Assembly: GCA_964455365.1 (NCBI GenBank)
Contig: CAYVVZ010000011.1
Location: forward strand, 29,607-93,606
Length of the DNA: 64,000 bases
Reading direction: 5' to 3'
Source of the DNA: an uncultured Anaerolineaceae bacterium
GTDB lineage: Bacteria > Chloroflexota > Anaerolineae > Aggregatilineales > Phototrophicaceae
Position numbers and translations under genes: made by a program. Position 1 is the stretch's first letter. The number at the start of each line of letters is the position of its first letter. The notes below the pieces were generated by a model. That model did no database searches. It worked only from the letters and a program-made list of their open reading frames with translations, and was not told the origin of the DNA. Shown here in pieces: positions 45,241 through 54,482 of the stretch.

Positions 45241-46074
45241 TCACGGCTTCCATCCCTGCCCTTCTGCGATGACAAAACACAACGCTGACCATTCTTCGAG
45301 CGTCAGCGTTTCGGCGCGGCGTGTGGAATCAATCCCGGATGCGTCCAGATATTCTTGTGCCTGAGCGGATTTCAACCCCAGGCCACCCGCAATTGAATTG
45401 CGCAATTGTTTGCGCTTCTGGCTGAACCCTGCCCGCACGACGCGGAAGAAAATTCGGTCACTCGGCGCGGGAACGGCAGGTGTTTCGTAAGTATCCACGC
45501 GCAAGATGGCACTATCCACACCCGGACGAGGCCAGAACACCGCCGGGTTGATCTTGCTGACGAGCGTTGGTTTGCCGTAATACTGCACACTCACTGAGAG
45601 AATGGTCATGTCACCGGGTTGGGCGCTGATGCGCTGGGCAACTTCGTACTGCATGGTGATGACCAATCGTTTCGGGCGCGGTTGATTTTCCAGCAGATGT
45701 TCGAGAATCTGCGTTGTGATGTAATAAGGTACGTTGGCGACGACGATAAAATCATTGCCACCCACCAACCCCGGCACATCGGTTTTCAGCACATCCTGAA
45801 ATACAAAATAAACATTGCGCGTATCTGCAAAGCGATTTTCCAGCATCGGCTGTAGGCGATCATCCAATTCAATCGCCATCACATGCCGCGCCGCATCTGC
45901 CAACCGTGCCGTAAGTGCGCCTGTGCCGGGGCCAATCTCAACGACAGTATCCTCTGGCATGATTGCCGCAGTGGTCACAATCTTCTCGATGATATTGGGA
46001 TCATGCATGAAATTCTGCCCCAGGCTTTTCTTGGGGGAAAGTTCATAAGCTTCCATCATCGTCTTGGGATTCAT
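45241..46074 (-). CDS. rsmA: 16S rRNA (adenine1518/1519-N6)-dimethyltransferase
   Basis: SLGQNFM, VVEIGPGTGALT and NVPYYITT. Start placed at ATG 46074. Confidence 0.9.
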   Translation of the reverse strand: MNPKTMMEAYELSPKKSLGQNFMHDPNIIEKIVTTAAIMPEDTVVEIGPGTGALTARLADAARHVMAIELDDRLQPMLENRFADTRNVYFVFQDVLKTDVPGLVGGNDFIVVANVPYYITTQILEHLLENQPRPKRLVITMQYEVAQRISAQPGDMTILSVSVQYYGKPTLVSKINPAVFWPRPGVDSAILRVDTYETPAVPAPSDRIFFRVVRAGFSQKRKQLRNSIAGGLGLKSAQAQEYLDASGIDSTRRAETLTLEEWSALCFVIAEGQGWKP

Positions 46075-46186
46075 GGCGTATTCCTTTCTGTCAACCACCG
46101 GGCGGGGTTGCGGCACTAAACGGAAACGGTTTGCGTGGTCACAACACCACGAGCATAACTCAGAGTCGCACAGAATCAGAGGTGCA

Positions 46187-46240
46187 GAGCCGAACCCGTC
46201 TACAGGCCATTGGGCGCGTCGTGGACACGCCCCTACGGGA
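46187..46240 (+). repeat. family-B repeat
   Basis: gagccgaaccc...ggccattgggcgcgtcgtggacacgcccctacggg, similar to 40110-40155. Confidence 0.7.
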
Positions 46241-46295
46241 TTTCTCGGATAGTGCCTTAATCCAATTATCCGACCACAACATCCAGGACTGGACG

Positions 46296-47330
46296 CTATT
46301 CCCCCAGTTCGATTTCGTTACTCACCAGGCCTGTCAGCAGATCAATGCAGGCTTGTACATCGCTCAGGTCAACCGTTTCGCTGGTAGTATGCACAAAGCG
46401 AGTGGGGATGCTGATGCAGCCAGCCGGAACCCCTGCCCGTGCAATCTGGATTGCGCCTGCGTCTGTGCCACCACCGACCAGCAACTCACGCTGATAGGGG
46501 ATTCCATTTGCTTCGGCGCGGTTCACCATCCAATTCACGATGGCCTTCGGCACAATCAGCGTCGAATCATGCACTTTGATGGCTGCGCCGCCGCCCAATT
46601 TCACCGCCATCTTGCGATTTTGAATCTCGTCCCCGGTTGCGGTGATGTCCAGCGCAATGCCTACATCCGGGTCAACCGCATGGGCTGCGACCTTTGCGCC
46701 GCGCACGCCAACTTCTTCCTGCACCGTGAAGACAAAATAGACTTCGTTGGGTGTGCCTGTCTCGCGCAATTTGCGCATGGCTTCGATGGCTACCACGCAG
46801 CCAATGCGATCATCCAGCGCTTTTGCAATGACGCGGTTGCCGCGCTGCTGCGTCTCCCGCCAGAAACCCGCCGGGCTGCCTTCCTCGATGGTGCTGCCAT
46901 TTTCATCCTGCACATCAATGAAGAAGTTATCGACACTGGTGGCGCTGGTGCGGCCTTTGCCGAAGGCATCATGTGCGCCGATTACGCCAATCGTGCCATC
47001 TTCAAAGCGTACCCGCGTGCCGTGCAGCGCCGTATAGAGCAATCCGCCGATGTTGGTGAAGCGCAGATAGCCGCTGTTCGGCTCGGTGTAATTCGCCATC
47101 ACGCCGATTTCATCCATGTGCGCGGCAACCATCACACGCGAGCCACCTTCCCCCACGCGGCAGATCAAATTCCCCAAACCATCCACATGAATTTCATCCG
47201 CTAATTCTTCAACTTCTTCGAGGATCAACGCACGCACCTGATGTTCATAGCCGGATGGCCCCCAGGCTTCTGTCAATTTCTTGATGAGTTCAATCACGGA
47301 ATTATGCTCCTCATAATCAACGTTGGACAT
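46296..47330 (-). CDS. M42-family (FrvX/CelM-like) aminopeptidase
   Basis: GPSGYEHQV, VMVAAHMDEIG, VFTVQEEVGVRGA and the C-terminal IPTRFVHT. Confidence 0.85.
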   Translation of the reverse strand: MSNVDYEEHNSVIELIKKLTEAWGPSGYEHQVRALILEEVEELADEIHVDGLGNLICRVGEGGSRVMVAAHMDEIGVMANYTEPNSGYLRFTNIGGLLYTALHGTRVRFEDGTIGVIGAHDAFGKGRTSATSVDNFFIDVQDENGSTIEEGSPAGFWRETQQRGNRVIAKALDDRIGCVVAIEAMRKLRETGTPNEVYFVFTVQEEVGVRGAKVAAHAVDPDVGIALDITATGDEIQNRKMAVKLGGGAAIKVHDSTLIVPKAIVNWMVNRAEANGIPYQRELLVGGGTDAGAIQIARAGVPAGCISIPTRFVHTTSETVDLSDVQACIDLLTGLVSNEIELGE

Positions 47331-47350
47331 TCTCAGAAAAAAGCATCAAC

Positions 47351-48538
47351 TTACGGTCGTTCTGCGTAATAATAAAATGGATTACCCACTGCTTCGATCT
47401 CCGCTGCTAACTGCGGCACATCGACATATCCTTGCAATAAATCCGGTTCTGATTCGGCGAGTGTGAGGACGATGCGCATTTGCAACTGCTCACCGCCATG
47501 CCAACCATCATACATCTCTTCATCGCTGCCGCCGATTACATTCAGATCCGAAAAATCGTAGAAGGCGAATTCATACTGCGCGAAGACATCTGCAAGCCGC
47601 GCCTGCACCAGGGGTACATAGGCGAAATCTGCCGCTGTGGACAGTTCTGTGTAGATGAACGCCTGATAGGGTGGCAAATACCCGATTACCTGTATGCCCT
47701 GGTCAGCAGCCAATTGCAGAATATGTTCCACATGTGCAATGGAATCTTCGTCAACTGCCATCCCCGCCTCATAACGGCTGCTGCGTTCTGCTAATTCCTG
47801 GCGATGTGAATCAATCCCCTTCGTGATGTTTTCCGGCGTTAGCAATGCATTGTAACGGCTGCCATCAATGAAGAAAGAAACATTGTGCTGCCAGATGGTC
47901 AGGCCATAGTGAGGCCATGCTGCCCCAAAATTTTGTTGGATGATGTCCAGCGTCTGCGAATGTTCCGTCACCCAACGCTGACCAATGGTGCGAACACCGC
48001 CGATGAGCTGATCGATATTCATGTCCCACGAGGATACCACCAGCGGCAGATTAAACCCCGTGCGCCACTCCTGTTTGTCTGCGTTGAAGTCCGGCAAATC
48101 CAGTTGCAGCAGCAAAACAGGGGGCAAGGCATCATTCGCTGCCAGGGCATCAACAAATTGGCGCAGCTCATAGATCGTCGCAGCACTGAAAGCCGCATTG
48201 AAGAATGCATCTGGCTGGCCTGTGAACATTCCGCTGCGCACATACAGCCCCCGCGATGACCCTACCAACAGCACTTCCGGTCGTCGTTGTAATGCCCCTT
48301 GCAGCTTGTAGTTGATCTCCTGGGTACGGCTCCAGAGGGGTTCATAAAATCCCGGCGTGCTGGACGGCATGCGCAGAACCAACCCTGGTGGGATGGCTTC
48401 CCCGACGAGCAAGGCGCTACCGAACAATCCACCTCCTGCTGCAACCGCCAGTGGTATGACAAAAATCAGGAGCTTGAGGAAAAACCACTTCCGCTGCGTT
48501 GCCTGTCGCGCATCACTCACTCGATTGTGTCTCCCCAT
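47351..48538 (-). CDS. membrane-anchored DltD/SGNH-like protein, paralog 1
   Basis: TM anchor WFFLKLLIFVIPLAVAAGG, LLVGSSRG and a C-terminal YDGWHGGE. The start is uncertain (ATG 48538 or GTG 48520); both overlap the upstream gene's end. Confidence 0.6.
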   Translation of the reverse strand: MGRHNRVSDARQATQRKWFFLKLLIFVIPLAVAAGGGLFGSALLVGEAIPPGLVLRMPSSTPGFYEPLWSRTQEINYKLQGALQRRPEVLLVGSSRGLYVRSGMFTGQPDAFFNAAFSAATIYELRQFVDALAANDALPPVLLLQLDLPDFNADKQEWRTGFNLPLVVSSWDMNIDQLIGGVRTIGQRWVTEHSQTLDIIQQNFGAAWPHYGLTIWQHNVSFFIDGSRYNALLTPENITKGIDSHRQELAERSSRYEAGMAVDEDSIAHVEHILQLAADQGIQVIGYLPPYQAFIYTELSTAADFAYVPLVQARLADVFAQYEFAFYDFSDLNVIGGSDEEMYDGWHGGEQLQMRIVLTLAESEPDLLQGYVDVPQLAAEIEAVGNPFYYYAERP

Positions 48539-49700
48539 GCTGCTGCACAAAAATGTAGAAGGGGTTATCCGAAGTTGTAATGCGCTGTTCCAGCACATGC
48601 GCATCCACATAAGCATCCAGGGCTTCCGGTTCAGCCAGAGTCAGCGCCAGCAGCACGCGCATCATCAAACGTTCACCGCCGTGCCAGCCATCATACATTT
48701 CAGCATCTTCTGCGCCAATGCTCGCCAGGGCTGTGTAGTCATGTAGGGGGTATCCATAGGAAATGAACACCTGTGCCAACCGATCCTGCACCAACGGCAC
48801 ATAGGCAAAATCCGGGCTGGTGCTGATTTGCGTATACACTGAATCCAGGTACGGCGGCAAAAATCCGATCACCTCTGTACCGTGTTCGGAAGCCAATCGT
48901 AGGATACGTTCCACATGGGCAATCATGCCTTCGTCCACGCTAGCCCCTACCTCATAACGACCTTCGCGGTTCGCCAACTGCGCTTCATGCCCTCGAATTT
49001 GCTGCGCGATGATTTCCGGCAGCAACCGCCCGTTGTACTGGCTGCCATCCACCATAAAACCGCGGTCACGCTCCCATACAGGGAAACCCCATAAAGGCCA
49101 TTCGCTGCCCAGGTTATGTGCCAGTTGATCCCACATTTCGGGCTTTTCATCGCGCACCCACTCTTGCCCGACATTGCGCATCCCGTCAATGACTTGATCC
49201 CAGTTGCTCTGCCAGAATTCGATTGGGGGAAACTGCTGCTCTTCTGTGCGATGCTGGACGCGATCTCCATTGAAATCCGGCAAATCCAATGACAGCAGCA
49301 GCACGTCGGGAAGGGCATCCCGCGCCGCCAAAACCTCTACCACGTCGCGCAGTTCGTCAATGCTGGCAGCGCTGAGGGACGCATTGTAGAAGGCTTCCGG
49401 TTCTCGGTTGAACATCACGGCTCGTAGGTGATAGCCCCGCGACGAAGCCAGCAGCAGCACATCCGGCTGACGCTGCAACGCTCCATAGACTTTGTAGGCG
49501 ATCATCGCGCCTCTGCCGCCGCTGGGTTGATAGGCTCCTGGTGCATCTGCTGAGAAACTGAGTTGGTAGATCGGTGGAACGGCCTCACCAATCCCCCAGG
49601 CAGTTCCCAACAAGGTCGCCATCGCCAGCAGAAGCGGCACACTGAACATGAGCAGCTTCAGAAAAAACCAGGTTGTGCGCTGTGTGACTTCGGCTTTCAT
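48513..49700 (-). CDS. membrane-anchored DltD/SGNH-like protein, paralog 2
   Basis: Colinear with paralog 1 (TWFFLKLLMFSVPLLLA, LLLASSRG, YDGWHGGE). Confidence 0.6.
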   Translation of the reverse strand: MKAEVTQRTTWFFLKLLMFSVPLLLAMATLLGTAWGIGEAVPPIYQLSFSADAPGAYQPSGGRGAMIAYKVYGALQRQPDVLLLASSRGYHLRAVMFNREPEAFYNASLSAASIDELRDVVEVLAARDALPDVLLLSLDLPDFNGDRVQHRTEEQQFPPIEFWQSNWDQVIDGMRNVGQEWVRDEKPEMWDQLAHNLGSEWPLWGFPVWERDRGFMVDGSQYNGRLLPEIIAQQIRGHEAQLANREGRYEVGASVDEGMIAHVERILRLASEHGTEVIGFLPPYLDSVYTQISTSPDFAYVPLVQDRLAQVFISYGYPLHDYTALASIGAEDAEMYDGWHGGERLMMRVLLALTLAEPEALDAYVDAHVLEQRITTSDNPFYIFVQQHGETQSSE

Positions 49701-49753
49701 GAATGTCTTGACGTGAATCCTATGATTGGTGTGATACCTGCGGCTGAGTGTGC

Positions 49754-50248
49754 CTATTCCTCGCTATCGACTTCAATCAGCAGTTGTCCACGTTCGACAA
49801 CATCGCCCGGTTGCACGTAGAGCTTGGCAACGGTGCCATCTGCCGCAGCCGTGACGCGAATCTCCATCTTCATCGCTTCCAGCACGACCAGCACATCCCC
49901 GGATTTGACCGACGCGCCTTCTACCACGCGCACATCAATCACCTGACCTGGCATCTCGGCTGTGAGATCACCACTGCTGCCCCCGCCGGAACGCTTGCGC
50001 CGCCCTGGTTCGACTTTGGTCAGGCTGTACTGCTGGCCTGCGAACTGCACATAGCGTTCTTGTCCCGCGCTGGCAGTATAGGCCGGGAAGCGCTGACCCT
50101 CTGCCAGCAGCATCCACGCACCATCACCCAATTGCGAGGCGCTGAAACGGAATGACTCGTCGCCAATCTTCGCCAGATATGCCCCGTCCGGCTGGCGTGT
50201 GAGATCAACAGTATAGGTTTCGCCCTGGTATTCGTAGGTGTACTGCAT
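49754..50248 (-). CDS. biotin carboxyl carrier / BT-BCCP portion of a biotin-dependent carboxylase alpha subunit
   Basis: Biotinylation motif LEAMKMEI near the C-terminus and a beta-rich N-terminal half. Confidence 0.8.
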   Translation of the reverse strand: MQYTYEYQGETYTVDLTRQPDGAYLAKIGDESFRFSASQLGDGAWMLLAEGQRFPAYTASAGQERYVQFAGQQYSLTKVEPGRRKRSGGGSSGDLTAEMPGQVIDVRVVEGASVKSGDVLVVLEAMKMEIRVTAAADGTVAKLYVQPGDVVERGQLLIEVDSEE

Positions 50249-50251
50249 GGC

Positions 50252-51769
50252 TCATTCCCCCATCCTGAAAGTATCCACCCGATTCCAGGGGCTGTAGGCA
50301 TCCGTCCCCTGTACTGCGACCATCGCGCCGTTTGTGCTTGCGGCCTGTGGCTGGCTGTGCATCTCTGCCAACGCTGCGGCAATCAGGGCTTCAGCGGGTA
50401 ATTCCGGCACATCTGGCAGTAATTCCTGCAAATGCTCATCCACGAAGCGTGTATCGACTGCGCCATCTAAGAAGGTCGGATGCTGCAAAATGACCTGCAA
50501 GAAGTCAATATTGGTCGTTGTTCCCAGGATCACTGCTTCATTCAATGCACGCTGCATCCGCTGGATCGCAGATTCGCGGGAATGGTCATGCACAATCAGC
50601 TTGGCAATCATGGGATCATAATGGATGGTGATGGCATCCCCGGATTGTATACCGCTGTCCACGCGGATACCGGGGCCATTCGGCGGCAGGAAACGCTCTA
50701 CCGTACCGATGGCGGGCAGAAAGTTGTTACGGGCATCTTCGGCATAAATGCGGCATTCGATGGCGTGCCCGTTCTGCTGCACATCTTCTTGTTTGAAAGG
50801 CAGTTCTTCCCCGGCAGCAATGCGCAGTTGCAGCTTCACCAGATCAATCCCCGTCACAAATTCCGTTACCGGATGTTCGACTTGCAGGCGGGTATTCATC
50901 TCTAAAAAGAAAAACTCACCGAAGGGCGTGGCAATAAATTCCACCGTTCCCGCGTTCACATACCCAACGGCCTGCGCTGCTGCGACGGCTGCCGCGCCCA
51001 TCTCTGCACGCATCTGCGGCGTGACCAGCGGCGACGGCGACTCTTCAATGATCTTCTGATGACGGCGCTGCGTGCTGCATTCACGTTCATGCAGCGAGAC
51101 GGTATTGCCATGTGTATCCGCAATCACCTGAATTTCGATATGCCGCCCGTGTTCAATGTAGCGTTCCAGGAAAATTCGCGGATCACTGAAGGCTTTCTGC
51201 GCTTCGGAACGTGCGCCTGCGATGGCTTCCGGTAACTGTGCCGGATCACGCACCACGCGGATACCTTTACCGCCGCCACCACCTGCGGCTTTCACCATCA
51301 CCGGATAGCCGATATTTTCCGCTGCGGCGATCAATTCGGCCTCGGTTGCATCTTCTTTCTGGTAACCAGGCACAACCGGAACGCCTGCCGCTTGCATCAA
51401 GGCGCGGGCTTCGGTCTTCACCCCCATAGCGCGGATGGCATCTGGCGGTGGACCAATCCAGACCAAGCCTGCATCCATGACAGCCTGTGCAAAATTCTGG
51501 CTCTCGGATAAAAACCCATAGCCCGGATGCACACAGTCGCAGCCAGCATGTGCCGCGACTTGCAACAAGGCGGATACATCCAGGTAGCTCTTTGCTGGCG
51601 CGGGTGGGCCGATCAGATAGGCTTCATCGGCAAGCTGAACGTGCAGTGCATTCGCATCTGCTTCACTGTATACGGAGACGACTTGCATGCCCAGTTCCCG
51701 GCACGCCCGCAGAATCCGCACTGCGATTTCACCACGATTCGCAATCAAACATTTTTTGAGTTCGACCAT
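50252..51769 (-). CDS. biotin carboxylase (ATP-grasp) portion of a carboxylase alpha subunit
   Basis: KKCLIANRGEIAVRILRACRELG, GYPVMVKAAGGGGGKGIR and FLEMNTRLQVEHPVTE. Start set at ATG 51769. Confidence 0.9.
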   Translation of the reverse strand: MVELKKCLIANRGEIAVRILRACRELGMQVVSVYSEADANALHVQLADEAYLIGPPAPAKSYLDVSALLQVAAHAGCDCVHPGYGFLSESQNFAQAVMDAGLVWIGPPPDAIRAMGVKTEARALMQAAGVPVVPGYQKEDATEAELIAAAENIGYPVMVKAAGGGGGKGIRVVRDPAQLPEAIAGARSEAQKAFSDPRIFLERYIEHGRHIEIQVIADTHGNTVSLHERECSTQRRHQKIIEESPSPLVTPQMRAEMGAAAVAAAQAVGYVNAGTVEFIATPFGEFFFLEMNTRLQVEHPVTEFVTGIDLVKLQLRIAAGEELPFKQEDVQQNGHAIECRIYAEDARNNFLPAIGTVERFLPPNGPGIRVDSGIQSGDAITIHYDPMIAKLIVHDHSRESAIQRMQRALNEAVILGTTTNIDFLQVILQHPTFLDGAVDTRFVDEHLQELLPDVPELPAEALIAAALAEMHSQPQAASTNGAMVAVQGTDAYSPWNRVDTFRMGE

Positions 51770-51868
51770 GAAAACCGTACCATTTCTGTTGAAAGCTATT
51801 CTTGTCAAGAACGCCCCCAACTATAACACAGCCAGCACAATCGCGGACTACTCAGCTAGCCGGCAAAA

Positions 51869-52130
51869 CAGGGCAATCGCCTCAAAATTACTTTGAATCT
51901 GCCACACAAGAAAACGATCAAAAGACGAATTCAACCGGGGATCAATACACCAGAACAAGCGAAAACACATTGCTTTCGGACGATCTGGCGGATGATAGCC
52001 ATCAGGTTAGGTCTTCATTGTTGCGGGCGGATCATGATCCGCCCCTACAAAAACCACGTACCTACCGTAGGGGCGTGTCCATGACGCGCCCGATGGTTTC
52101 AACGGGTTCGACGTGATCGAATCCCTACGA
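51869..52130 (+). repeat. composite mosaic repeat (module C followed by B modules)
   Basis: C 51869-52006 matches 16391-16528. The perfect palindrome gggcggatcatgatccgccc lies at 52025-52044. The remainder matches the reverse complements of 14385-14455 and 40088-40155. Confidence 0.8.
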
Positions 52131-52325
52131 TACCGGGTCGGGCAACCGCAAACAGGTCTTGGTGCAATGACCGTGACTCGGCAAAACCATGACAGGTTTC
52201 ATCCGCATTGGTGGTAGATTAATCCCTGTTAAACACGTTCAATTTGCCTTATAACAGTAATCTGAGGGTTTCATGAGCGAAGCATGCTATAATGCGCTTG
52301 AAGGATAAGTAGTGCGGAGACTTTA

Positions 52326-53906
52326 ATGTTACTCTCGTCTAAGAAGAAGAAAAATGCCAGTGTCGCCCAACAAGAGGCAAATCATTTCGTGCAATCGGCG
52401 CTGGATGCCCTCTCCGCGCACGTTGCTATCCTGGATGATTCCGGAGAAATTATTGGAGTCAACCGGGCGTGGCGTACCTTTGCTGAGGCCAATGGCTTCA
52501 AGCAATCGAATTATGGCATTGGCACGAATTACCTGCGTGTGTGTGATAATTCCACACAGCGCAATTCTGAGGATGCCCCCCAGGTCGCAAGTGGAATCCG
52601 TGCGGTTATGAAGGGCAAAGCACAGGAATTTCAGTTGGAATACCCCTGCCACAGCCCCACAGAAAAACGCTGGTTTGTGGTGCGTATCAGCCGCTTTGAA
52701 TGGTACAACGATGTGCGGTTGATTGTGGCGCATCAGAATGTCTCGGATCTGAAGCACGCGCAGATTGAACTCGAAGAGAGCAAACGCCGCATCCAGGCCA
52801 TTCTCGATAACATCAACAACGGTATTCTCACCCTGACCCCGGACGGCATCATCGAAATTGCAAATCCGGCAGCGGCTCGCATCTTCGGCTACACGATGGA
52901 AGAACTGGTCGGCCTGCATCTGAACAGCATTGTGGATGAACCCTTCGCGGATAAGAAGAGCTTGCGCAGCCTCAATGGGGAACACGGGCATGAGATCATC
53001 GGATGCCGCAAAGATGGCACCGCCTTCCCCATGTACTTTGCGCTGAATGAACTGCGCTTGAACGGCGGCAGTCTCTATACCTGCATCGTGCAGGATTTAA
53101 CCTACCGCAAGCGCATGGAAGCGGAGATCATCGAGCGCGAGAAAGTACAGGTTGCGCTGGAAAAAGAGCGTGAACTGCGCGTACTGAAAGACCGCTTTTT
53201 GTCGATGATGGGGCATGAACTGAATACGCCGCTGACCTCCATCAGCCTTTCCTACGACATGCTGAAAAAATACGGCGATATTTCCACCGAGGAAGAGAAC
53301 ACCCAGGCGCTGGATAATATTCAGCAGCAGGTGCAGCATTTGCGCACCATGGTCGAAGATGTGATGACCTTCAGCCGTTCAGAGGGCAACGGTTTTGAGC
53401 TATCGTTACAGCGAACCGACCTCATCACCTACTGCCGCGATGTGGTGGAAGAATTTCAATTTGGCTACCACAAGACGCACAGAATCGAATTTGAATGCGA
53501 AGAACGAGACATCCGTGCGGATATTGACCGCAGGCTGCTGCGGCGTACCTTCACCAACTTATTGAGCAATGCCATCAAATATTCGCCGGAAGGGGGCAGC
53601 GTGGTCTTCCGTCTGGGGATTGATGCCGCTGGTGAACAGGCCATCGTCGAAGTGAGCGACTCCGGAATCGGCATCCCGCCAGAAGATCAACCGCGCTTGT
53701 TCGAGCCGTTCCACCGTGCGAGCAATGTCGATCAACTGCCGGGGACTGGCCTGGGGCTGCCGATTGCTAAACAGGCGGTTGAACTACACGACGGCAGCAT
53801 TCATTTTGAGACGGAAATGGGGCATGGCACAACCTTCATCATCACGCTGCCCCTGCGCCACAGCTACGACAACAGCAATGGAGATCGCAGCCGTTTGATG
53901 CAGTAG
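52326..53906 (+). CDS. PAS-PAS sensor histidine kinase
   Basis: Two PAS-like segments, H-box GHELNTPL, N-box SNAIKYS, and G-boxes DSGIGIP and GTGLGLP. Confidence 0.88.
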   Translation: MLLSSKKKKNASVAQQEANHFVQSALDALSAHVAILDDSGEIIGVNRAWRTFAEANGFKQSNYGIGTNYLRVCDNSTQRNSEDAPQVASGIRAVMKGKAQEFQLEYPCHSPTEKRWFVVRISRFEWYNDVRLIVAHQNVSDLKHAQIELEESKRRIQAILDNINNGILTLTPDGIIEIANPAAARIFGYTMEELVGLHLNSIVDEPFADKKSLRSLNGEHGHEIIGCRKDGTAFPMYFALNELRLNGGSLYTCIVQDLTYRKRMEAEIIEREKVQVALEKERELRVLKDRFLSMMGHELNTPLTSISLSYDMLKKYGDISTEEENTQALDNIQQQVQHLRTMVEDVMTFSRSEGNGFELSLQRTDLITYCRDVVEEFQFGYHKTHRIEFECEERDIRADIDRRLLRRTFTNLLSNAIKYSPEGGSVVFRLGIDAAGEQAIVEVSDSGIGIPPEDQPRLFEPFHRASNVDQLPGTGLGLPIAKQAVELHDGSIHFETEMGHGTTFIITLPLRHSYDNSNGDRSRLMQ

Positions 53907-53920
53907 GCCGGTTTGTTGGG

Positions 53921-54364
53921 TCACGGCTGGTTACTCGGCGGGATTTTCGCCAGATGATTCGCCAGCATTTGTATGGAATGAGTCAAAGGCTCCGGTAAGT
54001 TGCCTGCCTGGGCAAGCGTTGCCACGCGATATTGATCGTTCATGTTCAGGGCATAGAGCGCTGTCAGATTGTACTGCATACGCGATTCGAGCAGCTTGGG
54101 ATATTCCAGCGTGAGATTATGCCGCACGGCTCCCAGAATCACCTCCATGGACGTATCCCGTCGATCCAATGTCAGCAGCAGGGACTTGCGTTTTGCCTCG
54201 CTCCATCCGTTGATCTCGGCCTGTTTGAACGTATCATTCACCAACTGCCGCCCTTCCTGAATCCACTGCGTCAGCGACGGATATTCTACATCCACAGGCT
54301 GAATTTGCTTGCCCTGGATGGTCAGTTGCACGGTTTTGAAAAATGCACGGACGTAGCGCATCAT
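53921..54364 (-). CDS. hypothetical protein
   Basis: 147-aa ORF, helical-looking, with no motif recognised. Confidence 0.45.
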   Translation of the reverse strand: MMRYVRAFFKTVQLTIQGKQIQPVDVEYPSLTQWIQEGRQLVNDTFKQAEINGWSEAKRKSLLLTLDRRDTSMEVILGAVRHNLTLEYPKLLESRMQYNLTALYALNMNDQYRVATLAQAGNLPEPLTHSIQMLANHLAKIPPSNQP

Positions 54365-54482
54365 GGGTGGTCTATCTCCTGGTGTATGGTCAACAACGCT
54401 GCAAGCCTAGCACACATAAATAAAATTCGGGTAAACACCTGTGGCCTTTACGCCCTGCGAGTGCCGTCTATAATGACGCAGA

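Noticed and set aside
50252-50254. In-frame TGA as selenocysteine
   Set aside because: I saw no obvious SECIS-like hairpin immediately downstream. The position is a domain linker, not an active site. A split gene or nonsense change is more parsimonious.
52329-52991. Long antisense ORFs inside real genes (this one, and also 55521-56261, 36396-37307, 46131-47204, 31727-32476, 5797-6567, 4443-5168)
   Set aside because: Each lies opposite a gene with strong family motifs, and they show His/Arg/Gln/Gly-rich low-information sequences. I treat them as shadow ORFs.
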